NCBI GenBank assembly: GCA_017639935.1
Contig: JAGFWP010000018.1
Location: 1 to 60,688, forward strand
Length of the DNA: 60,688 nucleotides
Source: Pelagibacteraceae bacterium
Lineage (GTDB): Bacteria; Pseudomonadota; Alphaproteobacteria; HIMB59; GCA-002718135
Reading direction: 5' to 3'
The notes under the pieces were generated by a model. The model had not been told where the DNA came from. It made no database searches and worked only from the letters and a program-made list of their open reading frames with translations. Below, piece by piece: positions 49,762 to 60,501 of the stretch (position 1 is its first letter; every line of letters begins with the position of its first letter). The position numbers and the translations under genes were made by a program.

Positions 49762-50048
49762 TGTCGAGATCGATTTGGAAAGGACCCTTTGTTGATATTA
49801 CTTTAATAAAAAAAGCTGAAAAACTTTCTGAATCAGGAAGAAAAGAAGTTATAAAAACCTGGTCGAGAAGATCAACTATAATTCCTCAATTTGTTGGATT
49901 AACCTTTGGTGTTTATAATGGTCATAAATTTATACCTGTCTCTGTTACAGAAAATATGGTCGGTCACAAACTTGGTGAATTTTCACCAACTAGGATTTTT
50001 AAAGGTCATACCACAGCAGATAAAAAAGTTGTGGCAAAGGTAACGTGA
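49761..50048 (+). CDS. rpsS: 30S ribosomal protein S19
   Basis: 95 aa with [12 protein letters not shown] and VYNGHKF. Confidence 0.98.
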   Translation: MSRSIWKGPFVDITLIKKAEKLSESGRKEVIKTWSRRSTIIPQFVGLTFGVYNGHKFIPVSVTENMVGHKLGEFSPTRIFKGHTTADKKVVAKVT

Positions 50049-50422
50049 TGGTAAATAACTCGATAGCTGTTGCAAAAGATAATACAATAAGAGTCAGCCC
50101 TCTCAAACTTGGAAATATAATAAGATTGATAGTAAATTTAAAAGCAAGTAAAGCAATTAACCAATTAAAATTTTCTCAAAAAAGAATATCTATGCATGTA
50201 TTAAAGGTTTTAAATGCTGCTATTGCTAATGCGGAAAATAATAAACAATTAGATATAGATAATCTTTTTGTTAAGGAGGCTTATGTTGGAAAAAGTTTAT
50301 CGATGAAAAGGTTCAGAGCACGAGCAAAGGGCAGAGCTTCTTCAATAGTAAAACCATTTAGTAAATTAACAATAGTTCTCGAAGAAAGAAAAAAAAACAA
50401 ATCTGAAAAAGGAAAAAAATAG
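50048..50422 (+). CDS. rplV: 50S ribosomal protein L22
   Basis: The ATG at 50048 overlaps the rpsS stop (TGATG). The track uses the GTG at 50045. Conserved L22 sequence. Confidence 0.95.
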   Translation: MVNNSIAVAKDNTIRVSPLKLGNIIRLIVNLKASKAINQLKFSQKRISMHVLKVLNAAIANAENNKQLDIDNLFVKEAYVGKSLSMKRFRARAKGRASSIVKPFSKLTIVLEERKKNKSEKGKK

Positions 50423-50427
50423 AACTT

Positions 50428-51105
50428 ATGGGACAGAAAGTAAATCCAAACGGTTTAAGATTAGGTATTAATAAAACCTGGTCATCTAGATGGTATTCAA
50501 AAAAAGATTATGCTAAATTACTATATGAAGATCTAGAAATTAAAAAATACATTCAAGAAAAATTAGCTTCCGCGAGCATTTCTAAAATTATTATTGAAAG
50601 AGCTGCAAAAAAATTAAGACTTACTATTTATAGTTCTAGACCTGGTATAATTATTGGAAAAAAAGGGGCTGATATTGAATCATTGAAAAATAAATTAGTG
50701 AAAATGAGCAAATTAGAAGTTTATTTAGATATCAAGGAGATAAGAAAACCTGAAGTTGAATCAAAACTAGTAGCTGAAAATATTGCATCACAACTTGAAA
50801 AAAGAATTTCATTTAGAAGAGCAATGAAAAAAGCTGTTCAGTCCGCAATGCGACTTGGAGCAAAAGGTGTTAAAGTTGTTTGTAGTGGAAGATTAGGAGG
50901 AGCAGAAATCGCAAGAACAGAAAAATATCATTTAGGAAGTGTTCCACTTCATACCTTAAGAAGTGATATTGATTATGCTACATCAGAAGCTGAAACTACT
51001 TATGGTATTTGTGGAATCAAAGTTTGGATAAATAGAGGTGAGATTTTATCAAAAGACCCTCAAGGCAGTGAAAAAAACCAAATAGAACAAGGAAATATTA
51101 GATAA
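50428..51105 (+). CDS. rpsC: 30S ribosomal protein S3
   Basis: 225 aa with [13 protein letters not shown] and a KH domain. Confidence 0.98.
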   Translation: MGQKVNPNGLRLGINKTWSSRWYSKKDYAKLLYEDLEIKKYIQEKLASASISKIIIERAAKKLRLTIYSSRPGIIIGKKGADIESLKNKLVKMSKLEVYLDIKEIRKPEVESKLVAENIASQLEKRISFRRAMKKAVQSAMRLGAKGVKVVCSGRLGGAEIARTEKYHLGSVPLHTLRSDIDYATSEAETTYGICGIKVWINRGEILSKDPQGSEKNQIEQGNIR

Positions 51106-51521
51106 TGAATATGTTATCGCCAAAAAAGACAAAGTTTAGAAAACAATTTAAGGGCAGAATACATGGAAATGCTAAAGGAAGCTACTCCCTTAACTATGGA
51201 AGTTTTGGATTAAAGGCGTTGCAACCTGAAAGAATAACATCTCGTCAAATAGAATCGGCTCGTAAAGCAATCACTAGACATCTAAAAAGAGCGGGTAAAA
51301 TGTGGATTAGAATTTTTCCCGATGTTCCTGTTTCAAAAAAGCCCGCAGAAGTTAGAATGGGCAAAGGAAAAGGTGCCAATGAATTTTGGGCATGCAGAGT
51401 AAAACCAGGACGTATTATGTTTGAGGTGGATGGTGTAAATGTAAATGAAGCGAGAAAAGCATTGTCGCTAGCCGCAGCCAAACTTCCCGTTAAATCTAAA
51501 TTTATTGAAAGAAATATTTAA
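51105..51521 (+). CDS. rplP: 50S ribosomal protein L16
   Basis: 138 aa. An alternative ATG at 51111 would give the canonical [12 protein letters not shown]-terminus. Confidence 0.97.
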   Translation: MNMLSPKKTKFRKQFKGRIHGNAKGSYSLNYGSFGLKALQPERITSRQIESARKAITRHLKRAGKMWIRIFPDVPVSKKPAEVRMGKGKGANEFWACRVKPGRIMFEVDGVNVNEARKALSLAAAKLPVKSKFIERNI

Positions 51522-51718
51522 TGAGTGCAACTTCAAAAAAAATAAGTTTAAAAAATTTAAGATCAGATGTTGATTCATTAAAAAAAACTCTTCTAAATCT
51601 TAATTTTCAAAAATCTACTGGTCAATTAGAAAATACTTCTGCGATTAAAAAAGCTAGAAGAAAAATCGCTTCGTTGAAAACATCATTTAATCAGCAAAGA
51701 GGAAAACAAGATGCCTAA
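51521..51718 (+). CDS. rpmC: 50S ribosomal protein L29
   Basis: 65 aa, operon order. Confidence 0.93.
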   Translation: MSATSKKISLKNLRSDVDSLKKTLLNLNFQKSTGQLENTSAIKKARRKIASLKTSFNQQRGKQDA

Positions 51719-51977
51719 GAGATTATTATCAGGAAAGGTAGTGTCTTCTAAAAACAATAAATCAATAGTTGTTGAAGTAACTAGGAGAGTTAAACATAAG
51801 CTGTATAAAAAGATCATTAAAAGAGTAAAAAGATACCATGCACATGATGAAGCAAATGTATATAAAATTGGCGACAATGTAACCATACAAGAGACAAAGC
51901 CAATTTCAAAAATGAAATCATGGATTACTTATAATAGTAATAGCAGTTCAAATATTAAAGAAAGTGAAGCAAAATGA
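51711..51977 (+). CDS. rpsQ: 30S ribosomal protein S17
   Basis: 88 aa with [16 protein letters not shown] and YHAHDE. Confidence 0.96.
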   Translation: MPKRLLSGKVVSSKNNKSIVVEVTRRVKHKLYKKIIKRVKRYHAHDEANVYKIGDNVTIQETKPISKMKSWITYNSNSSSNIKESEAK

Positions 51978-52342
51978 TCCAAATGCAATCAAATTTATTT
52001 GTAGCAGATAATTCAGGAGCAAGACAAATTCAATGTATTAAAGTTTTAGGCGGCTCTAAAAGAAGATTTGCATCAATTGGAGATATAATTGTTGTTTCTG
52101 TAAAAGATGCAATTCCTAGAGGAAAAGTAAAAAAAGGAGAAGTTTTTAAAGCTGTTGTTGTAAGGACGAAAAAAAACTTTTGTAGATCAGATGGAACCAG
52201 TATTAGATTTGATAAAAATGCAGCAGTTCTTCTCGACAAACAAGAAGAACCTATAGCAACTCGTATTTTTGGTCCAGTTACACGAGAGTTAAGAAACAAA
52301 AAATTTATGAAAATAATAAGTTTAGCTCCAGAGGTAATTTAG
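51974..52342 (+). CDS. rplN: 50S ribosomal protein L14
   Basis: 122 aa with [16 protein letters not shown]. Confidence 0.98.
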   Translation: MIQMQSNLFVADNSGARQIQCIKVLGGSKRRFASIGDIIVVSVKDAIPRGKVKKGEVFKAVVVRTKKNFCRSDGTSIRFDKNAAVLLDKQEEPIATRIFGPVTRELRNKKFMKIISLAPEVI

Positions 52343-52660
52343 ATGACGAATAAGATAAAGTTGAAAAAGGGCGATGAAGTGATTGTCATTTCCGGTAAAG
52401 ATAAAGGAAAAACAGGCAAGATTTCTTTGATTAAACCCCAAGTAAATAAGGCAATTGTTGCCGGTATAAATAAAGTTAAAAAAAATCAAAAACCTGACAA
52501 GAATCAAGCTGGCGGAATTATTGAAAAAGAGATGCCAATACATATTTCAAATCTAGCTTATTATGACAGATCTCTAAAAAAAGGAATTAGGACAGGTTTT
52601 AAGTTTAATAATGATAATAATAAAATTAGAATTAATAAACAAACAAAAAAAGAAATTTAA
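52343..52660 (+). CDS. rplX: 50S ribosomal protein L24
   Basis: 105 aa with the KOW motif [16 protein letters not shown]. Confidence 0.96.
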   Translation: MTNKIKLKKGDEVIVISGKDKGKTGKISLIKPQVNKAIVAGINKVKKNQKPDKNQAGGIIEKEMPIHISNLAYYDRSLKKGIRTGFKFNNDNNKIRINKQTKKEI

Positions 52661-52662
52661 TT

Positions 52663-53217
52663 ATGAGTAGGTTGGTAGAAGAATTTAAAAATAAAATTAA
52701 GCCAAAACTTATGGAAATATTTAAATACAAAAATATTCATCAAATTCCTAAAATCACAAAAATTGTTTTAAATATGGGTATTGGCGAAGCTAAAGATGAT
52801 TCAAAAATTCTTGATAAAGCTCAAGAAGAATTAACACTTATTTCTGGTCAAAAAGCAATTAAAACAAAAGCAAAAAAAGCAATATCAAACTTTAAAATTC
52901 GCGAAGATATGTCTATAGGAGTCAGCGTTACTTTACGCAATAAAATTATGTATGAATTTTTGGATAGATTAATAAATATCGCCATTCCTAGAATTAGAGA
53001 TTTTCGAGGCCTTAATTCTAAAAGTTTTGATGGTAATGGAAACTTTACATTAGGAATTAAAGAACAAATTATTTTTCCAGAAATCAACTATGACAAAATT
53101 GATAAGATCCGCGGTCTTGATATAACAATATGCACGAATGCTAATACCGATTCTGAAGCTCTCGAATTATTAAAAAATTTTAATATGCCTTTCCCAAGCG
53201 TAGAATTGAATAGATAA
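52663..53217 (+). CDS. rplE: 50S ribosomal protein L5
   Basis: 184 aa, conserved sequence and spc-operon order. Confidence 0.97.
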   Translation: MSRLVEEFKNKIKPKLMEIFKYKNIHQIPKITKIVLNMGIGEAKDDSKILDKAQEELTLISGQKAIKTKAKKAISNFKIREDMSIGVSVTLRNKIMYEFLDRLINIAIPRIRDFRGLNSKSFDGNGNFTLGIKEQIIFPEINYDKIDKIRGLDITICTNANTDSEALELLKNFNMPFPSVELNR

Positions 53218-53220
53218 ATT

Positions 53221-53526
53221 ATGGCAAAGCAAAGTTCAATTCAAAAAAATCTTAACAGAAGAAATATTGTAAAAAAATTCAATGAGAAAAGACAAAGTAT
53301 TAAGAAACAAATAATGAAAAAAGACTTACCTATGGAGGAAAGATTTAAGATGCAGTCAAAATTAAATGAACTTCCTAGAGATAGCTCTAAAATAAGAATC
53401 AGAAATAGATGCAAACTAACAGGAAGAACACGCGGTGTTTATAGGAAGTTTGGATTATCAAGAATAAAAATAAGAGAACTTTCTATGTCTGGTGCATTAC
53501 CAGGCGTTGTTAAGTCCAGTTGGTAA
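53221..53526 (+). CDS. rpsN: 30S ribosomal protein S14 (long, non-zinc form)
   Basis: 101 aa ending ...LPGVVKSSW. Confidence 0.96.
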   Translation: MAKQSSIQKNLNRRNIVKKFNEKRQSIKKQIMKKDLPMEERFKMQSKLNELPRDSSKIRIRNRCKLTGRTRGVYRKFGLSRIKIRELSMSGALPGVVKSSW

Positions 53527-53538
53527 GGAGTAGTAACA

Positions 53539-53937
53539 ATGGCTTTTAATGATTCACTTTCTGATATGTTAGCAAGAATTAAAAATGCTCATAAAGCTAA
53601 CAAAAGTTTTACTTCATGTTTTAGTTCTAAACTAAATTCAAATGTTCTATCTGTTTTAAAAGAAGAGGGCTATATAAGAGATTTTCAAAATGTGAAGGTT
53701 AGGGAAGGTATAAATAATATCAAAATTGATTTAAAATACTATAATGGAATCCCAGTTATTAAAAAGATTAGAAGAATCTCTAAGCCAGGAATTAGAGTGT
53801 ATTCTAAGACTAAAGAATTGAATAAACCATATGGAGGTTTAGGAATCTCTATAATATCTACCCCAAAAGGCGTAATGTCTGATCGACAAGCTAAAGTTAA
53901 CAATGTTGGCGGTGAAATTTTATGTGAGGTATTTTAA
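53539..53937 (+). CDS. rpsH: 30S ribosomal protein S8
   Basis: 132 aa with DSLSDMLARIKNA. Confidence 0.97.
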   Translation: MAFNDSLSDMLARIKNAHKANKSFTSCFSSKLNSNVLSVLKEEGYIRDFQNVKVREGINNIKIDLKYYNGIPVIKKIRRISKPGIRVYSKTKELNKPYGGLGISIISTPKGVMSDRQAKVNNVGGEILCEVF

Positions 53938-53940
53938 ATA

Positions 53941-54474
53941 ATGTCAAGAATAGCAAAAAATAGTATTAAATTACCTCAAGACACTACTTGTAGTTTTGAT
54001 AATAATATTCTTTTAGTTCAAGGAAAACTAGGAAAAGCGACATTGCCCATTAGTGAATTATTTACAATTAAGCAAAAAGATAATGAAATTCTTGTTTTGC
54101 CAAAAGATGAAAGGGATAAAACAAATCCTTTATGGGGTACAACAAGTGCACATGTAAAAAATACACTCAGTGGAGTTTGTAATGGTTATTCAAAGACACT
54201 TGTGCTTAGTGGAACGGGATACAGAGCTTCAGTTGTTGATTCAAAGTTAAAATTACAGCTTGGGTTCAGTCATGATATTGAATATGAAATTCCTAAAGAA
54301 GTTAAAATTGAATGCCCTAAACAGAATGTTATAAAAATAAATAGTATTCATAAAGAAATTCTTGGAGCGGTTGCAGCTAAGATTAGATCATATAGAAAAC
54401 CTGAACCATTTAAAGGTAAGGGTATTAAATATGAAAATGAATTTATTTTTAGAAAAGAGGGTAAAAAGAAATAG
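53941..54474 (+). CDS. rplF: 50S ribosomal protein L6
   Basis: 177 aa with MSRIAKNSIKLP. Confidence 0.97.
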   Translation: MSRIAKNSIKLPQDTTCSFDNNILLVQGKLGKATLPISELFTIKQKDNEILVLPKDERDKTNPLWGTTSAHVKNTLSGVCNGYSKTLVLSGTGYRASVVDSKLKLQLGFSHDIEYEIPKEVKIECPKQNVIKINSIHKEILGAVAAKIRSYRKPEPFKGKGIKYENEFIFRKEGKKK

Positions 54475-54479
54475 TTATT

Positions 54480-54821
54480 ATGAATAGGTTAGATAGAAAG
54501 AACAGAACAAGATTTAAACTAAAAAAAATTTCTTCTAGAAAGAGGTTATCAGTTTTCAGATCAAATAATCATTTGTATGCTCAGATTATTAATGACGAAC
54601 AAGGCATAACTCTTGCTTGTGCATCCACACTTGAAAAGACTTTTCAAAATAAAAAAAATATTAGTAAAAAGGAGTTAGCTGAAGATTTAGGAAAAGAAAT
54701 TGCTAAAAGATCAATAAAAAAAGGAATAAAAGAAGTTGCTTTTGATAAAGGTAAATATAAGTATCACGGAATAATAAAAATACTAGCGGAAGCAGCTAGG
54801 GCCGGTGGATTAGATTTTTAG
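54480..54821 (+). CDS. rplR: 50S ribosomal protein L18
   Basis: 113 aa, operon order, with the C-terminal motif [10 protein letters not shown]. Confidence 0.96.
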   Translation: MNRLDRKNRTRFKLKKISSRKRLSVFRSNNHLYAQIINDEQGITLACASTLEKTFQNKKNISKKELAEDLGKEIAKRSIKKGIKEVAFDKGKYKYHGIIKILAEAARAGGLDF

Positions 54822-54829
54822 AGGTATAT

Positions 54830-55363
54830 ATGTTTGAAAATGAAAATAAAGAGCTTAGCGAACGCTTAATAACTATAAATAGAGTTGCGAAAGTAGTAAA
54901 AGGTGGCCGCCGGTTTGGTTTTGCTGCTATTATGGTTGTTGGAGATAATAAAGGTAGAATTGGATATGGAACAGGTAAGGCTAAGGAAGTTCCAGAAGCA
55001 GTGAGAAAGGCAACAGAAGATGCAAAAACAAAAATGATCAGAGTTCATTTAAAAGATAATAGAACAATACATCATGATATCGTAGGAAGATTTGGAGCAG
55101 GAAAAGTTATTTTAAGAGCAGCAGCTCCAGGAACAGGAATTATTGCTGGAGGCCCAATGAGAGCACTGTTTGAATCATTAGGCATTAAAGATATTGTGGC
55201 TAAATCCACAGGTAGTTCAAATCCTCACAATATGATTAAGGCTACATTTGATGCATTTACAAAATCGGAATCGCCCAAAAGTGTTGCGTCAAAAAGATCA
55301 ATAAAAGTTTCTGAAGTGATTTCATCTAAAATTTCTAGTAAATATGAGAATAAATCAATTTAA
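54830..55363 (+). CDS. rpsE: 30S ribosomal protein S5
   Basis: 177 aa with [14 protein letters not shown]. Its 3' end overlaps rplO by 20 nt. Confidence 0.97.
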   Translation: MFENENKELSERLITINRVAKVVKGGRRFGFAAIMVVGDNKGRIGYGTGKAKEVPEAVRKATEDAKTKMIRVHLKDNRTIHHDIVGRFGAGKVILRAAAPGTGIIAGGPMRALFESLGIKDIVAKSTGSSNPHNMIKATFDAFTKSESPKSVASKRSIKVSEVISSKISSKYENKSI

Positions 55364-55805
55364 ATCGACATCCACATCAAACAAAAAGAAAAAAAGAGTA
55401 GGCCGGGGCGCAGGTTCAGGTTTTGGAAAAACTGCTGGAAGAGGCAATAAAGGTCAAAAATCTAGATCAGGTGTCTCTATTAAAGGATTTGAAGGTGGAC
55501 AGATGCCTCTTTACCGAAGATTGCCAAAAAGAGGTTTTAATAATTATTTCTCAAAAAAAATTCAGTCAATTAATTTTAATCAAATTTTAAATATTATTAA
55601 AAAACATAATCTTAAACCCAATGAAATTAAAGAAAATTATTTTTTTGAAAAAAAAATTCTAAATAAATCTAAAGGTTCTTTAAAATTATTAAATGTTGGA
55701 GAATTGACTTCCGCAATAAATATTGAAGTTTCTTTTGCATCAAAAAAAGCTATCGAAAAAGTAAAAAAACTTGGCGGTAGCATAATATTAACGAAAAAAA
55801 ATTAA
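55344..55805 (+). CDS. rplO: 50S ribosomal protein L15
   Basis: 153 aa with [26 protein letters not shown]. Confidence 0.97.
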   Translation: MRINQFKSTSTSNKKKKRVGRGAGSGFGKTAGRGNKGQKSRSGVSIKGFEGGQMPLYRRLPKRGFNNYFSKKIQSINFNQILNIIKKHNLKPNEIKENYFFEKKILNKSKGSLKLLNVGELTSAINIEVSFASKKAIEKVKKLGGSIILTKKN

Positions 55806-55812
55806 GTTTATA

Positions 55813-57168
55813 ATGGCAGCCGCTGCAGAAAAATTAGCTAGCAATATGAATTTTGGTGCTTTTGGCAAGGCTACTGAATTAAGAAATAGACTATTGTTCA
55901 CACTTGGCGCACTCATTGTTTTCAGATTAGGAACTTTTTTGCCGATACCTGGAATTAACCCAATGGCGCTTCAACAATTTTTTCAACAACAGGCATCTGG
56001 AATTTTGGGTGTTTTTGATACTTTTTCTGGTGGCGCCCTTCGAAGAATGGGTATTTTTGCTCTAGGTGTGATGCCTTATATTTCTTCATCAATCATTATG
56101 ACGTTGATGCAGGCAAGCATTCCTCATCTAAAAGCACTTAAAGAGCAAGGATCAAAAGGTGCAAGAAAGAGAATTCAATACTCTAGATATCTGACTGTAT
56201 TAATTGCGGCATTGCAGGGATATGGCGTATCTATAGGACTTGAGTCAATGCAAACAGCTTATGGCAATATTGTTATTGAACCAGGAATTTTTTTTAAAAT
56301 AACAACTGTTATAACTCTTGTTGGCGGAACAATTTTTTTAATGTGGCTTGGAGAGCAGATTACATCTAGAGGCGTTGGTAACGGAATATCACTAATTATT
56401 ACTGCAGGAATAATTGCAAATTTACCTGGCGCTATTGTCAATATGCTTGATCTTGGACGAAAAGGTGATTTAAGTGCGGCATTTATTCTTACAATATTGA
56501 TTTTAATTTTGGCGCTTATAGTTTTTATAGTTTTTATTGAAAAAGCGCAAAGAAGATTAATGGTTCAATATCCAAAAAGACAAGTAGGCAATAAAATTTA
56601 TGGGGGCCAAAGCTCACACTTGCCTCTTAGAATTAATACACCGGGAGTTATACCAGTTATTTTTGCTTCTTCTATACTTCTCTTACCCAATACAATGTCT
56701 GGTTTTGGAGCAGGCTCTTCAAGTGAAATATTTTTGTTTATTTCGAGCAGCTTGGGTAGGGGGCAACCACTATATTTTACACTTTATGCAGGTATGATAA
56801 TATTTTTTGCCTTTTTTTACACAGGGATAGTATTTAATCCAGATGAACAAGCTGAAAATCTTAGAAAATATGGAGGTTTCATTCCTGGGATCAGACCTGG
56901 CGAAAATACTTCAAAATATATAGATTATGTACTTACAAGACTTACTACAGTTGGGGCTTTGTATTTAGCATCGGTTGCTCTTCTTCCAGAATATTTATTA
57001 GCTACTACTCGTTTGCCTTTTTATTTGGGTGGAACTAGCTTGCTTATTGTTGTTGTGGTTATGATTGATTTTATTAATCAAGTTCAATCTCATTTATTCC
57101 AACATCAATACGAAGGTTTATTAAAGAAAACAAAATTAAAAGGCAGAGTAAAAATAGGAGGGGCTTGA
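55813..57168 (+). CDS. secY: preprotein translocase subunit SecY
   Basis: 451 aa with 10 TM helices and conserved SecY blocks. Confidence 0.98.
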   Translation: MAAAAEKLASNMNFGAFGKATELRNRLLFTLGALIVFRLGTFLPIPGINPMALQQFFQQQASGILGVFDTFSGGALRRMGIFALGVMPYISSSIIMTLMQASIPHLKALKEQGSKGARKRIQYSRYLTVLIAALQGYGVSIGLESMQTAYGNIVIEPGIFFKITTVITLVGGTIFLMWLGEQITSRGVGNGISLIITAGIIANLPGAIVNMLDLGRKGDLSAAFILTILILILALIVFIVFIEKAQRRLMVQYPKRQVGNKIYGGQSSHLPLRINTPGVIPVIFASSILLLPNTMSGFGAGSSSEIFLFISSSLGRGQPLYFTLYAGMIIFFAFFYTGIVFNPDEQAENLRKYGGFIPGIRPGENTSKYIDYVLTRLTTVGALYLASVALLPEYLLATTRLPFYLGGTSLLIVVVVMIDFINQVQSHLFQHQYEGLLKKTKLKGRVKIGGA

Positions 57169-57172
57169 GTTA

Positions 57173-57751
57173 ATGATATTAATTTTTTTTGGTCCACCAG
57201 GGGCCGGAAAAGGAACCCAAGCAAGTTTAATTGCAAATAATTTTAATATACCTCATTTATCTACCGGGGATATCCTGAGAGATAAACTTTTACAAAAAGA
57301 TGGGATTTCAAAAAGACTGAAACATATAATAGATAAAGGTCAGTTAGTTTCAGATGATATTTTAAACGAGATTGTTTCTAATCGAATTAGTAATCACGAT
57401 TGTTTAAGAGGATTTATTTTAGATGGCTATCCTAGAACAAAGGGTCAGGCTTTGTTTCTAAACAGTGTTTTAAATTCAAAAAATCTTAAAATAGATAAAA
57501 TAATAGATATTTATGTAGATGAAAAAATTATTGCTAAAAGAATAATCTCAAGATCTAAAACAGAAAATAGACAAGATGATACAGAGGATGTAATTAAAAC
57601 AAGAATGTCCAGATATTTGTCAGAAACAAAACCTTTATCAGATTTTTATAAGACTAAATACCCCACTGATTATCTAGTAATCAATGGAAATCAGGAGATT
57701 GAAAAAGTTGCTACAGCTATTATCAAAATCTTAAAAAAGGTGAAAATATAA
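57173..57751 (+). CDS. adk: adenylate kinase (short-LID form)
   Basis: 192 aa with the P-loop GPPGAGKGTQ and LDGYPRT. The LID segment is short (SRSKTENRQDD) and has no Cys4 zinc motif. Confidence 0.95.
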   Translation: MILIFFGPPGAGKGTQASLIANNFNIPHLSTGDILRDKLLQKDGISKRLKHIIDKGQLVSDDILNEIVSNRISNHDCLRGFILDGYPRTKGQALFLNSVLNSKNLKIDKIIDIYVDEKIIAKRIISRSKTENRQDDTEDVIKTRMSRYLSETKPLSDFYKTKYPTDYLVINGNQEIEKVATAIIKILKKVKI

Positions 57752-57773
57752 GCATTTTTTGATGTTTTTTATC

Positions 57774-57802
57774 TTGACTTTGGTATCAATAATCATGTAT
57801 GC
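57774..57802 (+). promoter_or_regulatory. candidate promoter upstream of rpsM (CTTGACT-N17-GTATGC)
   Basis: TTGACT is at 57774-57779. GTATGC is at 57797-57802. The site lies in the 89-nt adk-rpsM spacer. Confidence 0.3.
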
Positions 57803-57840
57803 ACCCTCATTCTTTTTTGTAACCTTTTTAAGCATTTTAT

Positions 57841-58221
57841 ATGGCAAGAATTTCAGGCGTAAACATTCCAACAAATAAAAAAATTCATATAGCCCTTACA
57901 TATATATTTGGAATAGGAGCAAAAATAGCGCTAGATATTTGCAATAAAGCGTCAATTGACAAATCCAAAAGGGTAAATGAACTCAACGATAATGAAGTAA
58001 ATAAAATTAGAGAGCTTGTTGATTCAAACTATTCTGTTGAAGGTGATTTAAGAAGAAAAATTTCAATGGACATAAAACGATTAACTGATCTTGGATGTTA
58101 TAGAGGATTGAGACACAGAAAGAAACTCCCAGTTAGAGGCCAAAGAACTCATACCAATGCCAGAACAAGAAAGGGTAAGGCCGTTGCAATTGCAGGGAGG
58201 AAAAAAGTAACAAAAGGTTAA
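57841..58221 (+). CDS. rpsM: 30S ribosomal protein S13
   Basis: 126 aa with [10 protein letters not shown]. Confidence 0.98.
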   Translation: MARISGVNIPTNKKIHIALTYIFGIGAKIALDICNKASIDKSKRVNELNDNEVNKIRELVDSNYSVEGDLRRKISMDIKRLTDLGCYRGLRHRKKLPVRGQRTHTNARTRKGKAVAIAGRKKVTKG

Positions 58222-58225
58222 ATAG

Positions 58226-58624
58226 ATGGCTGATATAAAGAAAACAAAAGCGAAATCAAAAACAAAAACAAAAAGAAAGGTTACCTATGGCGTTGCTCAT
58301 ATAGTTTCGTCATTTAATAATACAATTATTACTATCAGTGATGATAACGGAAATGCCCTAGCTTGGTCATCTGCTGGACTTAAAGGTTTTAAAGGATCTA
58401 GAAAATCTACTCCTTTTGCAGCTCAAATTGCGGCAGAGGATGTCGGCAATAAAGCAAAAGAATATGGTTTGAAATCTTTAAAAGTTGAGATATCAGGACC
58501 CGGTTCAGGAAGGGAATCTGCGTTAAGATCGTTACAATCTATTGGATATGTAATTACATCAATTAAAGATGTTACACCTATTCCTCATAATGGTTGTCGA
58601 CCAAAAAAAAGAAGAAGAGTTTAA
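58226..58624 (+). CDS. rpsK: 30S ribosomal protein S11
   Basis: 132 aa with the C-terminus [18 protein letters not shown]. Confidence 0.98.
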   Translation: MADIKKTKAKSKTKTKRKVTYGVAHIVSSFNNTIITISDDNGNALAWSSAGLKGFKGSRKSTPFAAQIAAEDVGNKAKEYGLKSLKVEISGPGSGRESALRSLQSIGYVITSIKDVTPIPHNGCRPKKRRRV

Positions 58625-58654
58625 CTAACATTTATATTTATAAGGAGTAACTTA

Positions 58655-59680
58655 GTGATAGAGAAAAATTGGATAAATTTAATAAAACCAAGTAAAATGG
58701 ATGTTAATGTTCAAGAAAATAATAGTAAATTTGGCATTCTTACGGCTGAACCACTTGAAAGAGGATTGGGTCTTACACTAGGCAATTCTTTAAGAAGAAT
58801 TCTAATGTCTTCATTACAAGGGGCAGCCATAACCTCAATTAAAGTTAAGGGTATTCTTCACGAATTTTCAACAATTCCTGGAGTCAAAGAAGATCTGACT
58901 GATATTATTCTTAATCTCAAATCAGTTAGTATTAAAGTTCATTCACCAGGAGCTAGAAAAATGTATATCAAAGCAAAGGGCCCTGGGGAAATTAGAGCAG
59001 GAAACTTTGAAACTGATTCTGAAACAGAGATTATTGATCAAGATCAGATAATAATGACTTTAGATAATAATGCCGACATTGAATTAGAAGCAAATGTTGA
59101 AACTGGTAAGGGTTATATCTCAGCAGAAGTGGCAGAAGATGACAACAAAATGATTGGGGAAATTAAAATTGATGCGATGTTTAGCCCTGTAAAAAAAACT
59201 TCATATAGAATTGAAAATAGCAGAGTTGGTCAAGTAACAGATTATGATAAATTAATTTTAGAAGTAGAAACGAATGGAGCCATTTCTCCTGATGATGCCG
59301 TTGCTCTTGCCGCGAGGGTATTACAGGATCAACTTCAGCCATTTATTAATTTTGATGAACCAGAAATACAAAAAGAACCAAGTGCTACGGAAAAACTGCC
59401 TTTTAATCAAAATTTGTTGAAAAAAGTTGAAGAATTAGAACTGTCTGTTCGTTCAGCAAATTGTCTCAAAAATGACAATATTATTTATATTGGTGACTTA
59501 GTTCAGAAATCTGAATCAGAAATGTTAAGAACTCCAAACTTTGGAAGAAAATCACTAAATGAAATCAAAGAAGTTTTACTACAAATGGACCTTGGTCTTG
59601 GTATGTCTGTTGCAGATTGGCCACCAGAAAATATTGATGAGTTGGCAAAGCAATTTGAAGATCCTTTTAATAAATATTAA
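58655..59680 (+). CDS. rpoA: DNA-directed RNA polymerase alpha subunit
   Basis: 341 aa with a GTG start after AAGGAG, an N-terminal dimerisation domain, and a C-terminal domain (ELSVRSANCLK). Confidence 0.98.
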   Translation: MIEKNWINLIKPSKMDVNVQENNSKFGILTAEPLERGLGLTLGNSLRRILMSSLQGAAITSIKVKGILHEFSTIPGVKEDLTDIILNLKSVSIKVHSPGARKMYIKAKGPGEIRAGNFETDSETEIIDQDQIIMTLDNNADIELEANVETGKGYISAEVAEDDNKMIGEIKIDAMFSPVKKTSYRIENSRVGQVTDYDKLILEVETNGAISPDDAVALAARVLQDQLQPFINFDEPEIQKEPSATEKLPFNQNLLKKVEELELSVRSANCLKNDNIIYIGDLVQKSESEMLRTPNFGRKSLNEIKEVLLQMDLGLGMSVADWPPENIDELAKQFEDPFNKY

Positions 59681-59688
59681 TTTGAAGT

Positions 59689-60114
59689 ATGAAACATAAT
59701 ATTGCACACAGAAAACTTAACAGATCTTCCTCTCATAGAAAGGCTCTATTAATGAATTTGTCAAATGCTTTATTAAAACACGAACAAATTACAACAACTC
59801 TGCCAAAAGCTAAAGAGCTTAAGCCATATGTTGAAAAAATAATAACACTTGGAAAAAAAGGCGACCTTCATTCAAAAAAAAAGACAATTTCTATTCTGCG
59901 TGATAAAAAAAATACGAAAAAGGTTTTTGATATATTTTCAAAAAGGTACAAAGATCGCTTAGGCGGATATACAAGAATTATCAAAATTGGCAATCGTTTT
60001 GGAGATAATGCGCTTACCGCTATAATCGAACTTGTGGACAGGGATGAAGATGCAAAAGGTAAAGATAGCGGACCAGTCATTGAAAAAAAATCCACGGAAG
60101 AAGAACAGAATTAA
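59689..60114 (+). CDS. rplQ: 50S ribosomal protein L17
   Basis: 141 aa with MKHNIAHRKLNRSSSHRKAL. Confidence 0.97.
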   Translation: MKHNIAHRKLNRSSSHRKALLMNLSNALLKHEQITTTLPKAKELKPYVEKIITLGKKGDLHSKKKTISILRDKKNTKKVFDIFSKRYKDRLGGYTRIIKIGNRFGDNALTAIIELVDRDEDAKGKDSGPVIEKKSTEEEQN

Positions 60115-60126
60115 ATCTTAATTATT

Positions 60127-60501
60127 TTGATTAATTTATTTTATGTTGCTAGCGGTGGTTCTTTAGGGGCAGTTCTTAGATATTTAACATCAAATTTTTA
60201 CAGATTTTATTTTCCCAACTTTCCTTTTGGTACACTTTTCATTAATTTTTTGGGATCATTTCTAATAGGAATTTTAGCAAGTAATTTAGAGAATCAAGGA
60301 ACTTCCTATGCATTTATTAAATATTTTCTGATTATCGGTATTTTGGGATCTTTTACTACTTTCTCCACTTTTTCATTAGAATCTATTCAATTAATTAATG
60401 ATAAAAAATTATTTTTGTTATTTATTTATATTTTCCTTTCTATTTCTTTATGTATTTTTGGTGCTTTTTTTGGATTTAATATAAATAAATTTTTGCTTTG
60501 A
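60127..60501 (+). CDS. crcB: fluoride ion channel CrcB/FluC
   Basis: 124 aa with a TTG start, four TM helices, GGSLGAVLRY, and GSFTTFSTFS motifs. Confidence 0.9.
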   Translation: MINLFYVASGGSLGAVLRYLTSNFYRFYFPNFPFGTLFINFLGSFLIGILASNLENQGTSYAFIKYFLIIGILGSFTTFSTFSLESIQLINDKKLFLLFIYIFLSISLCIFGAFFGFNINKFLL

